Shown here: positions 49,874 through 59,361 of the stretch, piece after piece | How the letters are laid out: every line of letters begins with the position of its first letter | Position numbering within the stretch: the stretch's first letter is position 1 | DNA from: a candidate division KSB3 bacterium | Lineage (GTDB): Bacteria > Moduliflexota > Moduliflexia > Moduliflexales > Moduliflexaceae | DNA: 64,000 nt | Direction of reading: 5' to 3' | Assembly (NCBI GenBank): GCA_002748425.1 | Contig: PDSJ01000010.1 | Coordinates: forward strand, 123,643-187,642 | Translations under genes and position numbers: made by a program | Notes under the pieces: model-generated | Seen by the model: only the letters and a program-made list of their open reading frames with translations | Databases searched by the model: none | Told to the model about the DNA's origin: nothing

Positions 49874-51229
49874 ATGGCTGCGATATTAATCATTGATGAT
49901 GAATGCTCGATCCGTGAAACGCTCGAAATTTTTTTGACAAAGAAAGGGCATCAGGTGTATCAAGCGCCCAACGGCAGCGAGGGGCTTGCTCTTTTCAGTC
50001 GTTATAAACCCGACATCGTGATTCTTGACATCCGTCTCCCGGATTTGAACGGTGTGGAAGTACTTAAACGTATTCAGCAAGACCAATCTCAGGCAAAGGT
50101 GATCATGGTCACATCGTTCCAGGACATGCAGACCGCGATTCAGACGATGCAGCAGGGAGCCTACGATTACCTGAGGAAGCCTGTGGATATTGATGATATG
50201 GAACGTGTGATCGATCAGGCTTTACAGGTGCTGGAAATTGAGCAAGACGTTCATCTGCTGGAAGACATCGATGGCACGGAGAACCTGGAGGCGATCATCG
50301 GCAAAAGCGAAAAGATGCTTGAAGTGTTTAAAACGATCGGCTTGTTGAGCCAGCACCGCGCACCGGTACTCATTCAGGGAGAGACCGGAACTGGGAAAGA
50401 ACTTACAGCTCGGATGATCCACCGCAATAGCCCCTATCACAGCGAACCCTTTGTCACTTTCGATTGTTCTTCTGTTGTCGAAACCCTTCTGGAAAGCGAG
50501 CTGTTCGGTCATGAAAAAGGGGCATTTAGCGGAGCAAGCCGGACCACCAGAGGAAAAATTGAGACAGCCGGGAAAGGGACGCTTTTTCTCGACGAAGTCG
50601 GCGAACTGCCGCCGGGCCTTCAGAAGAAACTTCTGGGCTTTCTCCAACGGCGTGAGTTTATGCGGGTTGGCGGAAACCATGCCTTGCGCGCGCGTTGCCG
50701 GGTAATTACCGCCACAAATCGTGACCTGTCGATGATGGTCCAGCAGCGCAGATTTCGAGAAGACCTTTATTATCGTCTCAAGGTGGTGACCTTAGAGATC
50801 CCTCCGCTGCGCGAGCGGTCGTCGGATATCCCTTTACTGCTAACCCATTTTTTACACAAGATTAATCTGGAACTCGGCACCAGTGTCGTCAAATGGCAGG
50901 ATGGTGTGATGAACCGCTTGATGACTCATCCCTGGCCGGGAAATGTTAGAGAGTTTGAAAATACGCTCGTGGAAGCAGTCGTACGAGCGAGGGGAAAAGT
51001 CATTCTCGTAAAAGAGTTGGAGAAGATTCTGGCGCTACGCGATGGAGCGTGTGCTCATAAAGGAAGAGCCTTATCACTTTCTGCAATGGAAAAAAAGCAT
51101 ATTGAAATCGTTCTTGCCGAAGTCGGCTGGAATAAAACTGAAGCCTCCCGCCAATTGGGAATTACCGTCCCTACTCTTCGCAGTAAAATTCGAAAATACG
51201 GCATTGTACCGCCGGATTCTTCCGATTAG
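49874..51229 (+). CDS. Sigma54-dependent response regulator (NtrC family: REC, AAA+ sigma54-interaction domain, Fis-type HTH)
   Basis: ILIIDDE...ILDIRLPDLNG. GETGTGKEL Walker A. GAFSGA GAFTGA-type motif. C-terminal HTH. The ATG at 49874 follows the kinase stop. Confidence 0.9.
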   Translation: MAAILIIDDECSIRETLEIFLTKKGHQVYQAPNGSEGLALFSRYKPDIVILDIRLPDLNGVEVLKRIQQDQSQAKVIMVTSFQDMQTAIQTMQQGAYDYLRKPVDIDDMERVIDQALQVLEIEQDVHLLEDIDGTENLEAIIGKSEKMLEVFKTIGLLSQHRAPVLIQGETGTGKELTARMIHRNSPYHSEPFVTFDCSSVVETLLESELFGHEKGAFSGASRTTRGKIETAGKGTLFLDEVGELPPGLQKKLLGFLQRREFMRVGGNHALRARCRVITATNRDLSMMVQQRRFREDLYYRLKVVTLEIPPLRERSSDIPLLLTHFLHKINLELGTSVVKWQDGVMNRLMTHPWPGNVREFENTLVEAVVRARGKVILVKELEKILALRDGACAHKGRALSLSAMEKKHIEIVLAEVGWNKTEASRQLGITVPTLRSKIRKYGIVPPDSSD

Positions 51230-51861
51230 TCTTCGTCTTCATTTTCTTCGTATGAGAAAATTTCAATCGGACGAGGCAAGTCTAAGACCTTCCGCATCAC
51301 ACTCGGCGGAATATAGCTGGCCGCTACCATCAGGGTGGGGTCTACACCTTCTTGCTTCAGGTAATCATGACCAAAAGCATAGAGTTTGTCAATGTCACTG
51401 CTCTTCATAGATGACGTAATTTCCAGCAGAATATGCTCTCCGTTGCGAATTACCACGTCCACCTGCCGCCCGCCATAAAAGCCTTCTCGCACGGTCAGGC
51501 CGTCCATATCCCTCACAATCCGTCGAATCGTCTGCCGAAATGTTGATTCCGTCTGTAACCCCCAACGGGAACCCAGCCTGGCAAACTGGTCATACATACT
51601 GCTTTGAAGATTTTTTATCGAGTCCGCCAGGGACGCCACAGCCTGTTCTGTACGTTCCTGGGCCTGAGCTAACTGCTCGACCCGCTGTTCTGTGCGTTTC
51701 TGGGCCTGAGCCAACTGATGGACGGTGAGTTTCAGAGCGCTGAAATCCTGATGAGGAATCACGAAACGTTCTTCCAGCAATTCGGTAAAATGCCACATGG
51801 GGGTACGTAATTCCTGCGGAAATTCGTCCATGACTTTCGATAACAGAGTCGTCGTCACCAT
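51226..51861 (-). CDS. DUF3782-like protein (coiled-coil N-terminus, PD-(D/E)XK-like C-terminus) containing a 42-nt tandem coding repeat
   Basis: Start ATG at 51861 preceded by GAGGAGGAG. Repeat LAQAQKRTEQRVEQ / LAQAQERTEQAVAS at 51643-51716. C-terminal GEHILLEITSSMKSSD...LYAFG. Confidence 0.5.
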   Translation of the reverse strand: MVTTTLLSKVMDEFPQELRTPMWHFTELLEERFVIPHQDFSALKLTVHQLAQAQKRTEQRVEQLAQAQERTEQAVASLADSIKNLQSSMYDQFARLGSRWGLQTESTFRQTIRRIVRDMDGLTVREGFYGGRQVDVVIRNGEHILLEITSSMKSSDIDKLYAFGHDYLKQEGVDPTLMVAASYIPPSVMRKVLDLPRPIEIFSYEENEDED

Positions 51862-51998
51862 TCTCTCCTCCTCACTTGACGTATTCGTGTGTACATAATA
51901 TTTACGATAGTCTGCGGGAGACATCTTGTCAAGGGAAAACAAGAGAGAACCTTATCGTGGGATGGAGTCTGCTTTCTAGATGGCAGCGATGCCAACGA

Positions 51999-52014
51999 TG
52001 GTATAATGCTTGCA
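51999..52014 (+). promoter_or_regulatory. Sigma54 (RpoN) promoter upstream of the hybrid kinase gene
   Basis: TGGTATAATGCTTGCA: GG and GC separated by exactly 10 nt, -12 element TTGCA. 79 nt upstream of the ATG at 52093. Confidence 0.5.
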
Positions 52015-52092
52015 TAAATTTCCTTAGGATTGCCTGGCGGCTGGTCCGGTTGAGAGAGCTTTTGTGAACGAATATGATGGTATAGATGTGAT

Positions 52093-54504
52093 ATGAGTCC
52101 GACTTATTGGGAAAACAGTATTCAACGAAAAATCGGTTTCAGTCTCGTGGCGATTATTAGTGGCGTTCTGCTGATTTTCGGCCTCTACCGTTATTTTGCG
52201 ATTGAAGCCGAGTCCACACGCGAAATCGACGAGCTTGCCACCATGTCTATTGAACGCCTTGCAGAGCATTTGATCATCCCTTTATGGGATCTCAATCACG
52301 ACTTGATTGAAAAAACGCTGCTGGCTTACATGATGGATAAAAGGATTTATGCGATTGTCGTCAAAGATGAAACCGATCATATTTTTGAGGCGAAAAAACG
52401 AGATGCCGAATGGCAGATTGTCGAGACGGGAACGGCGATTACCGGGGATTTTATCGGGAGAAAAAAAGAGATTCTCAGTGAGGGTGAAAGGCTGGGATAC
52501 GTGGAAATTTATATCACTCAGCAGTTTATGATCGCTGAGCTTCGACAAGAGGTTGTCAAGACGATGCTGACAATTGTGATCATGGATCTTGCTGTCTTGA
52601 CGCTCGTCTGGTTTGTTACCCTGAGTATCACCCGCCCGGTAGCGAAAATCGTCGAGATTGCCAATGCCGTGACAGGGGGAGATTTCAGCCATCAGATCGA
52701 TATTTACCAACACGATGAAATCGGGCGGCTGGCAGATGCATTTCGGCATATGCGCGGCATGATCGGCCGCGTCTTAGAAGAGATGGACACGCTGATCAAC
52801 GCGATACAAGAGGGGCGGCTCGATGTGCGGGGAAAGGCTGAGGACTTTGCCGGGGACTGGCAGGAACTGATCATTGGAGTGAACAATGTGATCGATGCCT
52901 TTGTCGGGCCGATTAATGTCACAGCCACGTCTCTCGAACGTCTTTCAAAAGGCGAGGTTCCGGATCGAATCGACGAGAAATATAAAGGAGGGTTCAATCA
53001 GATCAGGAATAACCTGAATCAACTGATTGAAAAAATCGATACTGCTGCTGAACTCGCCAAAGCCAAAGAGCGCGCTGAAGCCGCGAATCAGGCGAAAAGT
53101 GAATTCCTTTCCAGCATGAGCCATGAACTTCGCACGCCGTTGAACGGGATCCTGGGCTACACGCAGATTCTTTTACGAGACAAGCAGCTCGCCGTGTCGC
53201 AACGCGATGCGCTAAATATTATTCATCAAAGCGGAAATCATCTGCTGACCCTTATTGAGGACATCCTGGACTTTTCAAAAGTCGAAGCCGGGAAGTTGGA
53301 GATGCTGCCGACAACATTTCATTTTCCGACCTTTCTCGAGGGAATTGTCGGCCTTGTCCGTCTTAAGGCCGAAGAAAAAAATATTCTGTTCGAGTATAAT
53401 CCCATTACTCCGATGGCAGCCGGAATTCGAGCGGATAAAAAGCGTTTACGGCAGGTGCTGATCAATCTCCTGGATAATAGTGTCAAGTTTACGCATGAAG
53501 GGAAGGTGTCATTACGAGTGACGACCCGTAATTCATCTTCAGGCAGACGTGTCTCGCCTCTGAGTCAGCCAGAAGAGCTGGTGCATGTTCGCTTTGATAT
53601 ACGCGATACGGGCGTGGGCATGACCGGGGACGAGCTGGAAAAAGTTTTCCTGCCCTTTGAGCAAGCCGGTGACAGTCGAAGCCGTGTACAGGGGACTGGT
53701 CTGGGACTCGCCGTGACCAGACGTCTCGTGGAGCTTATGGGGAGTCACATTCACGTCAGGAGTGTCCCGGGAAAAGGGAGCGCTTTTTGGTTTGAAGTCA
53801 CATTCCCCTCTGTAGCCCTTGAACGAGTCGTCCCCCAGAATTTCGAACCAAGAATTAGCGGCTACACCGGGCCGACCCTCAAGGTGCTTATTGCCGAGGA
53901 TGACGGATCGAACCGCTCGATGCTTCATAATTTCCTGGCACCGCTTGGCTTTGAGATCGTTCTGGCACACGATGGTCGGGAAGAGCTTGAGAAGGCTCGA
54001 GCATTGCAACCTGATCTCATTTTGACGGATATCGTCATGCCGGAGATCAATGGCTTTGAGACTGTAAGGCACATTCGCCAACTGCCTGAATTACAAGATG
54101 TTCCCATTGTTGCAATTTCAGCAAATGTCTTTGAACGTGATAAACAAAAAATTCTGGCAGCGGGTTGCGACGCGTTTGTGGCAAAACCTATCGAGGCTCG
54201 TCAGCTCCTGGACGTGCTGGAGAAGTGTTTGAATATTGAATGGCTTTACGAAGAAGCAAGTGACACACAGACCCGCTCAGCAGGCAGTCGCAATATGGCC
54301 CCGCCTCCAAAGCCGGAACTGGACAAATTGCATGAATTGACAATGGGGGGCGACATGGATGAAGTCCTGGCGTATGCCGCCCGCCTTGAGGGTCTGGATT
54401 GGAAATATCATCCTTTTGCCGATCGGATTCGTGCGCTTGCAAAAGATTTTGAGGATGAACAAATTCTGCAGCTTGCCGCGCACTATCGATTGAAGACCAA
54501 TTGA
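52093..54504 (+). CDS. Hybrid sensor histidine kinase/response regulator (transmembrane sensor, HAMP, HisKA, HATPase_c, REC)
   Basis: [16 protein letters not shown]-box [23 protein letters not shown] and GTGLGL. C-terminal REC VLIAEDD...[11 protein letters not shown]. Confidence 0.85.
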   Translation: MSPTYWENSIQRKIGFSLVAIISGVLLIFGLYRYFAIEAESTREIDELATMSIERLAEHLIIPLWDLNHDLIEKTLLAYMMDKRIYAIVVKDETDHIFEAKKRDAEWQIVETGTAITGDFIGRKKEILSEGERLGYVEIYITQQFMIAELRQEVVKTMLTIVIMDLAVLTLVWFVTLSITRPVAKIVEIANAVTGGDFSHQIDIYQHDEIGRLADAFRHMRGMIGRVLEEMDTLINAIQEGRLDVRGKAEDFAGDWQELIIGVNNVIDAFVGPINVTATSLERLSKGEVPDRIDEKYKGGFNQIRNNLNQLIEKIDTAAELAKAKERAEAANQAKSEFLSSMSHELRTPLNGILGYTQILLRDKQLAVSQRDALNIIHQSGNHLLTLIEDILDFSKVEAGKLEMLPTTFHFPTFLEGIVGLVRLKAEEKNILFEYNPITPMAAGIRADKKRLRQVLINLLDNSVKFTHEGKVSLRVTTRNSSSGRRVSPLSQPEELVHVRFDIRDTGVGMTGDELEKVFLPFEQAGDSRSRVQGTGLGLAVTRRLVELMGSHIHVRSVPGKGSAFWFEVTFPSVALERVVPQNFEPRISGYTGPTLKVLIAEDDGSNRSMLHNFLAPLGFEIVLAHDGREELEKARALQPDLILTDIVMPEINGFETVRHIRQLPELQDVPIVAISANVFERDKQKILAAGCDAFVAKPIEARQLLDVLEKCLNIEWLYEEASDTQTRSAGSRNMAPPPKPELDKLHELTMGGDMDEVLAYAARLEGLDWKYHPFADRIRALAKDFEDEQILQLAAHYRLKTN

Positions 54505-54595
54505 CAGGAAAGATTTTTTCCCCCTGAAAAATTCTTTCTCCTCCTGTGGAAAGTTTTTTCTCTGTCTTCCCTACTATTGTGCTGTGATCCGGATA

Positions 54596-54611
54596 TGGCA
54601 TTATGCTTGCA
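54596..54611 (+). promoter_or_regulatory. Sigma54 (RpoN) promoter upstream of the ABC-transporter/dehydrogenase operon
   Basis: TGGCATTATGCTTGCA: GG-N10-GC. Differs at only 2 positions from the promoter at 51999. 239 nt upstream of the substrate-binding-protein ATG. Confidence 0.55.
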
Positions 54612-54849
54612 AAGCATTTTTGATGGGGAGTCACACTCTTCGCAGCGTTGGTTCAGACAGAAAGGAAAAGGGAGGTGATGAGCGTTGAATCATCGGTTTT
54701 ATCGGTATTCTCCCAGAGAAACGCCGATACTATCGTGAGATGGTGAGGACAGGCTGAATCCTTCGCGTAGACCTGGTTGATCGTGTATATGGAGACAGTT
54801 TTCCAGGAAGATTGTCTCATAACTATTGTATCTTGGAGGAACACGAATA

Positions 54850-56199
54850 ATGCAAAAAAAATCACGCATTCTGCATGTATTGATGTGTACAGCAATGTTG
54901 TTACTCACTGGGTTTCAGGCTTTTGCAGACGATGTCACGATTAATATCGCGTTGGCCAATAATCCACTTTCTCAGGCGCTTGCCAAAATCGCTCAGGAGA
55001 AGTATGCTCCTGAAGGCGTCACATTGAATATTTCCGTTCTGCCAGAAAACGATTTGCGCCAAAAGATGACCACCGAAGCATCGACAGGCGGAACAACATA
55101 TGATATGTTCTATATTGGTCCGTATGAAGCTGCCAACTGGGCTCGTTACGGGTGGTTGGAAGATCTTGAACCGTACTTCGATGCGTTGTCTCCGGAAAAA
55201 CTTGAATGGTACGATCGCGATGATCTGATTCAAGGTATGGTGGGTTCGCTTTCGCTTGACGGCGCTGCCTATGCGCTGCCTTTCTATGGAGAAGCCTCGT
55301 TCATTATGTATAACAAAGAGCTGTTCGAAGCAAAAGGCTTGACGATGCCGGAACAACCGTCGTGGAATGAGATTTATGAGCTGGCAAAGAACATTCACGA
55401 CCCTGAAAACGGGATTGTCGGCATGACGATGCGCGGTGCGCCCGGCTGGGGAATGAGCGGTGCACCGTTTGTGACGATCGTTAATGCCTTTGGCGGTCGT
55501 TTTTACGACATGGACTGGAACGCCACCGTTGATACTCCTGAACAGCGGGCAGCGTGGGAAATGTACAAAAAGATTCTGCGTGAAGCAGGACAAGAGGATA
55601 TTCTCTCTTATACCTACAATGAATGTATTGCCCTGATGCAATCCGGAAACTGCGGAATTTATTATGACGCGACGTCGATCGCTCCGCCGCTGGAAGCTGA
55701 GGGATCTGCGGTAAAGGGGAAAGTCGGATATGTGATGCCGCCGCACGAAAAAATGAAAACCAATACCTCCTGGTTGTGGAACTGGGCCATGGGAATCAAT
55801 CCCAAAACTACGCCGGAGAAGAAACAAGCTGTTTTTGATTTCATGCTGTGGGCGACGTCAAAAGAGTTCATCAAAATGACGATCGAACTCGACCCAACCG
55901 GAGCCAGCACCCCTCCGGCCTCTCGCGCTTCCACGTATAAGCTGCCGGTCTATGCAAAGGCTCCCTATGCTGATGCTACGCTGAAAACACTTGAATCAAC
56001 CGATTTCACCAAACCGACCCTGGAACCGGTTCCGTATGTCGGCTTACAGTACATCGCGATTCCTGAGTTCGCTGATGCCGGCACCAAAATGACCGAATAC
56101 CTGGCGGATTATGTGGTTGATAAAATCAGCCTGGATGAGGCAATCAGTAAAACCCAGGAAGTGTTTGAACAGGTCGCAGAAGACGGCGGATACAAATAG
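54850..56199 (+). CDS. ABC transporter substrate-binding protein (carbohydrate/polyol, family 1 solute-binding)
   Basis: Signal peptide MQKKSRILHVLMCTAMLLLTGFQAFA. GGAGG Shine-Dalgarno before the ATG at 54850. About 430-aa mature domain. Confidence 0.85.
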   Translation: MQKKSRILHVLMCTAMLLLTGFQAFADDVTINIALANNPLSQALAKIAQEKYAPEGVTLNISVLPENDLRQKMTTEASTGGTTYDMFYIGPYEAANWARYGWLEDLEPYFDALSPEKLEWYDRDDLIQGMVGSLSLDGAAYALPFYGEASFIMYNKELFEAKGLTMPEQPSWNEIYELAKNIHDPENGIVGMTMRGAPGWGMSGAPFVTIVNAFGGRFYDMDWNATVDTPEQRAAWEMYKKILREAGQEDILSYTYNECIALMQSGNCGIYYDATSIAPPLEAEGSAVKGKVGYVMPPHEKMKTNTSWLWNWAMGINPKTTPEKKQAVFDFMLWATSKEFIKMTIELDPTGASTPPASRASTYKLPVYAKAPYADATLKTLESTDFTKPTLEPVPYVGLQYIAIPEFADAGTKMTEYLADYVVDKISLDEAISKTQEVFEQVAEDGGYK

Positions 56200-56218
56200 T
56201 CAATTTCTCTTCTCTGCA

Positions 56219-56262
56219 ATCCTCGACACCCTTGCGGAGCCCTCAAGCTTCGCAGGGTGTCA
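56219..56262 (+). terminator. Intra-operon hairpin (attenuator/partial terminator) between the binding-protein and permease genes
   Basis: GACACCCTTGCG...CGCAGGGTGTC stem with one bulge, followed by ATGACGTTTT. Confidence 0.4.
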
Positions 56263-56286
56263 TGACGTTTTAAACAGGAGAAGGTT

Positions 56287-57174
56287 ATGAAGAAAAAAAG
56301 TGACTGGGCATTCGTGCTTCCAGGGCTTATCTGGGTCGCTGTCGTGACGCAGATTCCATTTATCCTGACGCTGATTTTTTCTACCCTTAGATGGAATTTG
56401 GCACGTCCCGATCTTCCGGTAAAATTTTACTGGTTTAAAAATTTTTGGTATTTTCTCAGAATTCGTGATTGGTCCAGGATTCCTGAATTTTACTCCATTG
56501 TGTGGCAAACCCTGCTGATCACCGTCAGTGCCCTGGCCTTATGTACAGTTGTGGGTTTTCTCCTCTCTTTATTACTCGATCATGTGATTCCAGGGGTAAA
56601 TATCGCCAGAACCCTGATACTCGGACCATTTTTTGTGATGTCCACTGCCAGCGGCGTGATCTGGAAAACAACGATTCTGAACACGACCTTCGGCTGGTAC
56701 GGAGTCATTGCTAAAGCGCTTGGCATGACCCCGGTTGACGTGCTCAGTTACCATCCTGTTGCTGTGATTGTGGTCCTGTTTTCCTGGCGGTGGATGCCTT
56801 TTTTTGTGCTCGTGATTCTCGCCGGCTTGCAGAGTGTGCCAGGAGAGATTGTCGATAGCATGAAGGTGGACGGCGCAAATTGGTGGTATGCGACCTTTTC
56901 AGTGAAATTACCGATGATCCGCAAACATATCAGCGTTGCCATGATGTTGGGGCTTATTTTTATTGTCAAAGAATTTGGACTCATTTTAGTCACCACAGCC
57001 GGCGGACCGGGAACACGCTCTTATACGCTGCCGTATGCGGTTTTTATGCAGGTCTTCAATGCCTCAAACGTCGGTCGTGCCGGTGCATTAGCAGCCATCA
57101 CAGTCATGCTGACACTGATCGGCATCAATATTTTGTATCAATCGATTGAAAAACGGAGTGCATTGTATGATTAA
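56287..57174 (+). CDS. ABC transporter permease (MalF/UgpA-type)
   Basis: 6 transmembrane helices. EAA-like loop VDGANWWYATFSVKLP. Confidence 0.85.
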   Translation: MKKKSDWAFVLPGLIWVAVVTQIPFILTLIFSTLRWNLARPDLPVKFYWFKNFWYFLRIRDWSRIPEFYSIVWQTLLITVSALALCTVVGFLLSLLLDHVIPGVNIARTLILGPFFVMSTASGVIWKTTILNTTFGWYGVIAKALGMTPVDVLSYHPVAVIVVLFSWRWMPFFVLVILAGLQSVPGEIVDSMKVDGANWWYATFSVKLPMIRKHISVAMMLGLIFIVKEFGLILVTTAGGPGTRSYTLPYAVFMQVFNASNVGRAGALAAITVMLTLIGINILYQSIEKRSALYD

Positions 57175-57185
57175 GGGAGGATGCC

Positions 57186-58055
57186 ATGAGCGACACTCGT
57201 CCTGCTCGAGAGATTAATCGGGCCATAGAAAATAAACGCAAAATACGTACAGCGATTTTAACTGTTGTGATTTTTGCCGTAGCGATTGTGTATTTCTCTC
57301 CAGTGCTGTATATGTTCCTGTCGGCGTTTAAAACCGAGCACCAGGCAGTGAGCCCGGCAGTGTTCTTCTCCCCGACTCTTGAGACATTTCAGAAAGTATT
57401 AGGCGATGAGACGATGTTCCGTTTTTTAAGGAATTCTCTGCTGCAGGTGGTGGGCGGCACGCTTCTCTGTCTCCTGCTGGGAACTCCGGCAGCATTTGCC
57501 CTGATTTTTGGAAAATTTCGCCATGAAGGCACCAAGAATAAAATCTACCTTTGGTTTTTGACGACGATTCTTTTGCCGCCGGTTGCAGTGATTATTCCAG
57601 TCTATCTCACGTTCCAGCGCCTGAATCTTCTCGACAATCCTCTCGGGCTGCTGATTGTTTACGTGGGATTTCACGTGCCGATCGTGGTGTGGATGCTTCA
57701 TTCTTTTTTTGCAGATATTCCCCTGGAAATTCTCGAAGCCGCTGATATTGACGGATGTTCACGCTTGCAGCAGCTTATGTTGATTACTGTGCCGCTCGTG
57801 AAAACGGGAATTATCGCCGCCGGACTGCTGGTCGCGGTCTTTATCTGGAATGAGTTTTTCCTGGCCTTTAACCTCACAGGCAACGAATCTGCTACGCTGC
57901 CGGTCTATATGGCGCGTTTCCGGGAACAGCAGGGTATGTTTGTGGCCCAGCTTTCGGCAGCATCTACTGTGGTCATTCTACCGGCCGTAATTTTAGGCTG
58001 GATCAGTCAAAAATCGTTGGTCAAAGGTTTGACAGCCGGCGGCGTGAAAGGATAA
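57186..58055 (+). CDS. ABC transporter permease (MalG/UgpE-type)
   Basis: 6 transmembrane helices. EAADIDGCSRLQQLMLITVPL EAA motif. Confidence 0.85.
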   Translation: MSDTRPAREINRAIENKRKIRTAILTVVIFAVAIVYFSPVLYMFLSAFKTEHQAVSPAVFFSPTLETFQKVLGDETMFRFLRNSLLQVVGGTLLCLLLGTPAAFALIFGKFRHEGTKNKIYLWFLTTILLPPVAVIIPVYLTFQRLNLLDNPLGLLIVYVGFHVPIVVWMLHSFFADIPLEILEAADIDGCSRLQQLMLITVPLVKTGIIAAGLLVAVFIWNEFFLAFNLTGNESATLPVYMARFREQQGMFVAQLSAASTVVILPAVILGWISQKSLVKGLTAGGVKG

Positions 58056-58234
58056 GACGCTGCTGCTGACGACTTTGAAAAGGGAGGGAGCGTTTTTTCT
58101 ACGCCAGCGGATATGTTCACAGCTCATGTTGTTTACGAGACAGAGAAGTAGAGAACCGGAATAATGTATTGTGGTATTGGGAACAATTGTGCAGGACGCT
58201 GTTCCAGTACACGAAACGAAGGAGAGCTGAGCTT

Positions 58235-59320
58235 ATGCAAAGGACAATGAAAGGGGCTGTTCTGCCGGGAAACAGTACTGTTGAGTTACGAGATTTCCCG
58301 GTTCCTCAGCCGGGACATGGAGAAGTCCTTATTAAAATGAAGTCGTCCACTATCTGTGGTTCGGATATTCGTGCAATTTATCACGAACATCTTGGTCAGG
58401 GACCGGAAGGCTATCAGTCAGGCTCTGTGGCAGGCCACGAACCCTGCGGACAGGTCATTGAGGCCGGCCCGGGATGTCGACGATTCAAACAAGGTGACCG
58501 GGTCATTGTCTACCACATTTCAGGCTGTGGGGTCTGTAATGACTGCCGCCGGGGATATATGATTTCTTGTACCAGTGAGTACCGTCGAGCCTACGGCTGG
58601 CAGCGGGACGGCGGAATGGCTGAATATCTCCTGGCAGAGGAAAAGGATCTGGTGCTTTTACCGGATGAATTGACTTATTCCGACGGCGCTCAAGTCGCTT
58701 GTGGTTTTGGTACGGTCTATGAAGGATTGGAAAAAATCAGCTTAGGGGGCAGCGACGCGGTCTTGATTACCGGACTTGGCCCAGTGGGACTCGCCGCCGG
58801 GATGCTGTGCAAGGCTATGGGAGCTACGAACATTTTTGGAATCGAGGCTCTGCACGAGCGGGTGAAAATTGCCACTGATCTCAAGATTTTCGACGCGGTC
58901 TTCAAAGCCGGTCCCGACAACGTTCAACAGGTCAAAGATGCGACCGGTGGACAGGGCGTGGAAAAAGCGGTCGATTGTTCAGCTCATCCTCAGGCGCGGC
59001 TGACCTGTATCCAAGCTGCGCGTAAATGGGGTAAAATCGTGTTTATCGGTGAAGGTGGAACCGTGTCTTTTCAGCCGTCTCCCGACATTATTCACGATCA
59101 AAAAACGATTTACGGTTCCTGGGTGACGAACATCTGGCGCATGGAAGAACTGGTCGAACGCCTGGTCCGCTGGGGCATTCATCCTGAAGATCTGATCACC
59201 CATCGTTTTTCGCTTGAAAACGCTGACAAAGCCTATGCCTTGATGGCAAGCGGAAAATGTGGAAAGGTGGCGGTCTGTTTTGATGAAGAACTGGCAGAGG
59301 ATGCGTCACTCGTTGTCTAG
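58235..59320 (+). CDS. Zinc-dependent alcohol/polyol dehydrogenase (MDR superfamily)
   Basis: GHEPCG, CGSD, LITGLGPVGL Rossmann motif. AAGGAGAG Shine-Dalgarno 8 nt before the ATG at 58235. Confidence 0.8.
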   Translation: MQRTMKGAVLPGNSTVELRDFPVPQPGHGEVLIKMKSSTICGSDIRAIYHEHLGQGPEGYQSGSVAGHEPCGQVIEAGPGCRRFKQGDRVIVYHISGCGVCNDCRRGYMISCTSEYRRAYGWQRDGGMAEYLLAEEKDLVLLPDELTYSDGAQVACGFGTVYEGLEKISLGGSDAVLITGLGPVGLAAGMLCKAMGATNIFGIEALHERVKIATDLKIFDAVFKAGPDNVQQVKDATGGQGVEKAVDCSAHPQARLTCIQAARKWGKIVFIGEGGTVSFQPSPDIIHDQKTIYGSWVTNIWRMEELVERLVRWGIHPEDLITHRFSLENADKAYALMASGKCGKVAVCFDEELAEDASLVV

Positions 59321-59361
59321 CCACAAAACTACCCGACAGGAAACGTCGTGAGGCATAGTAT

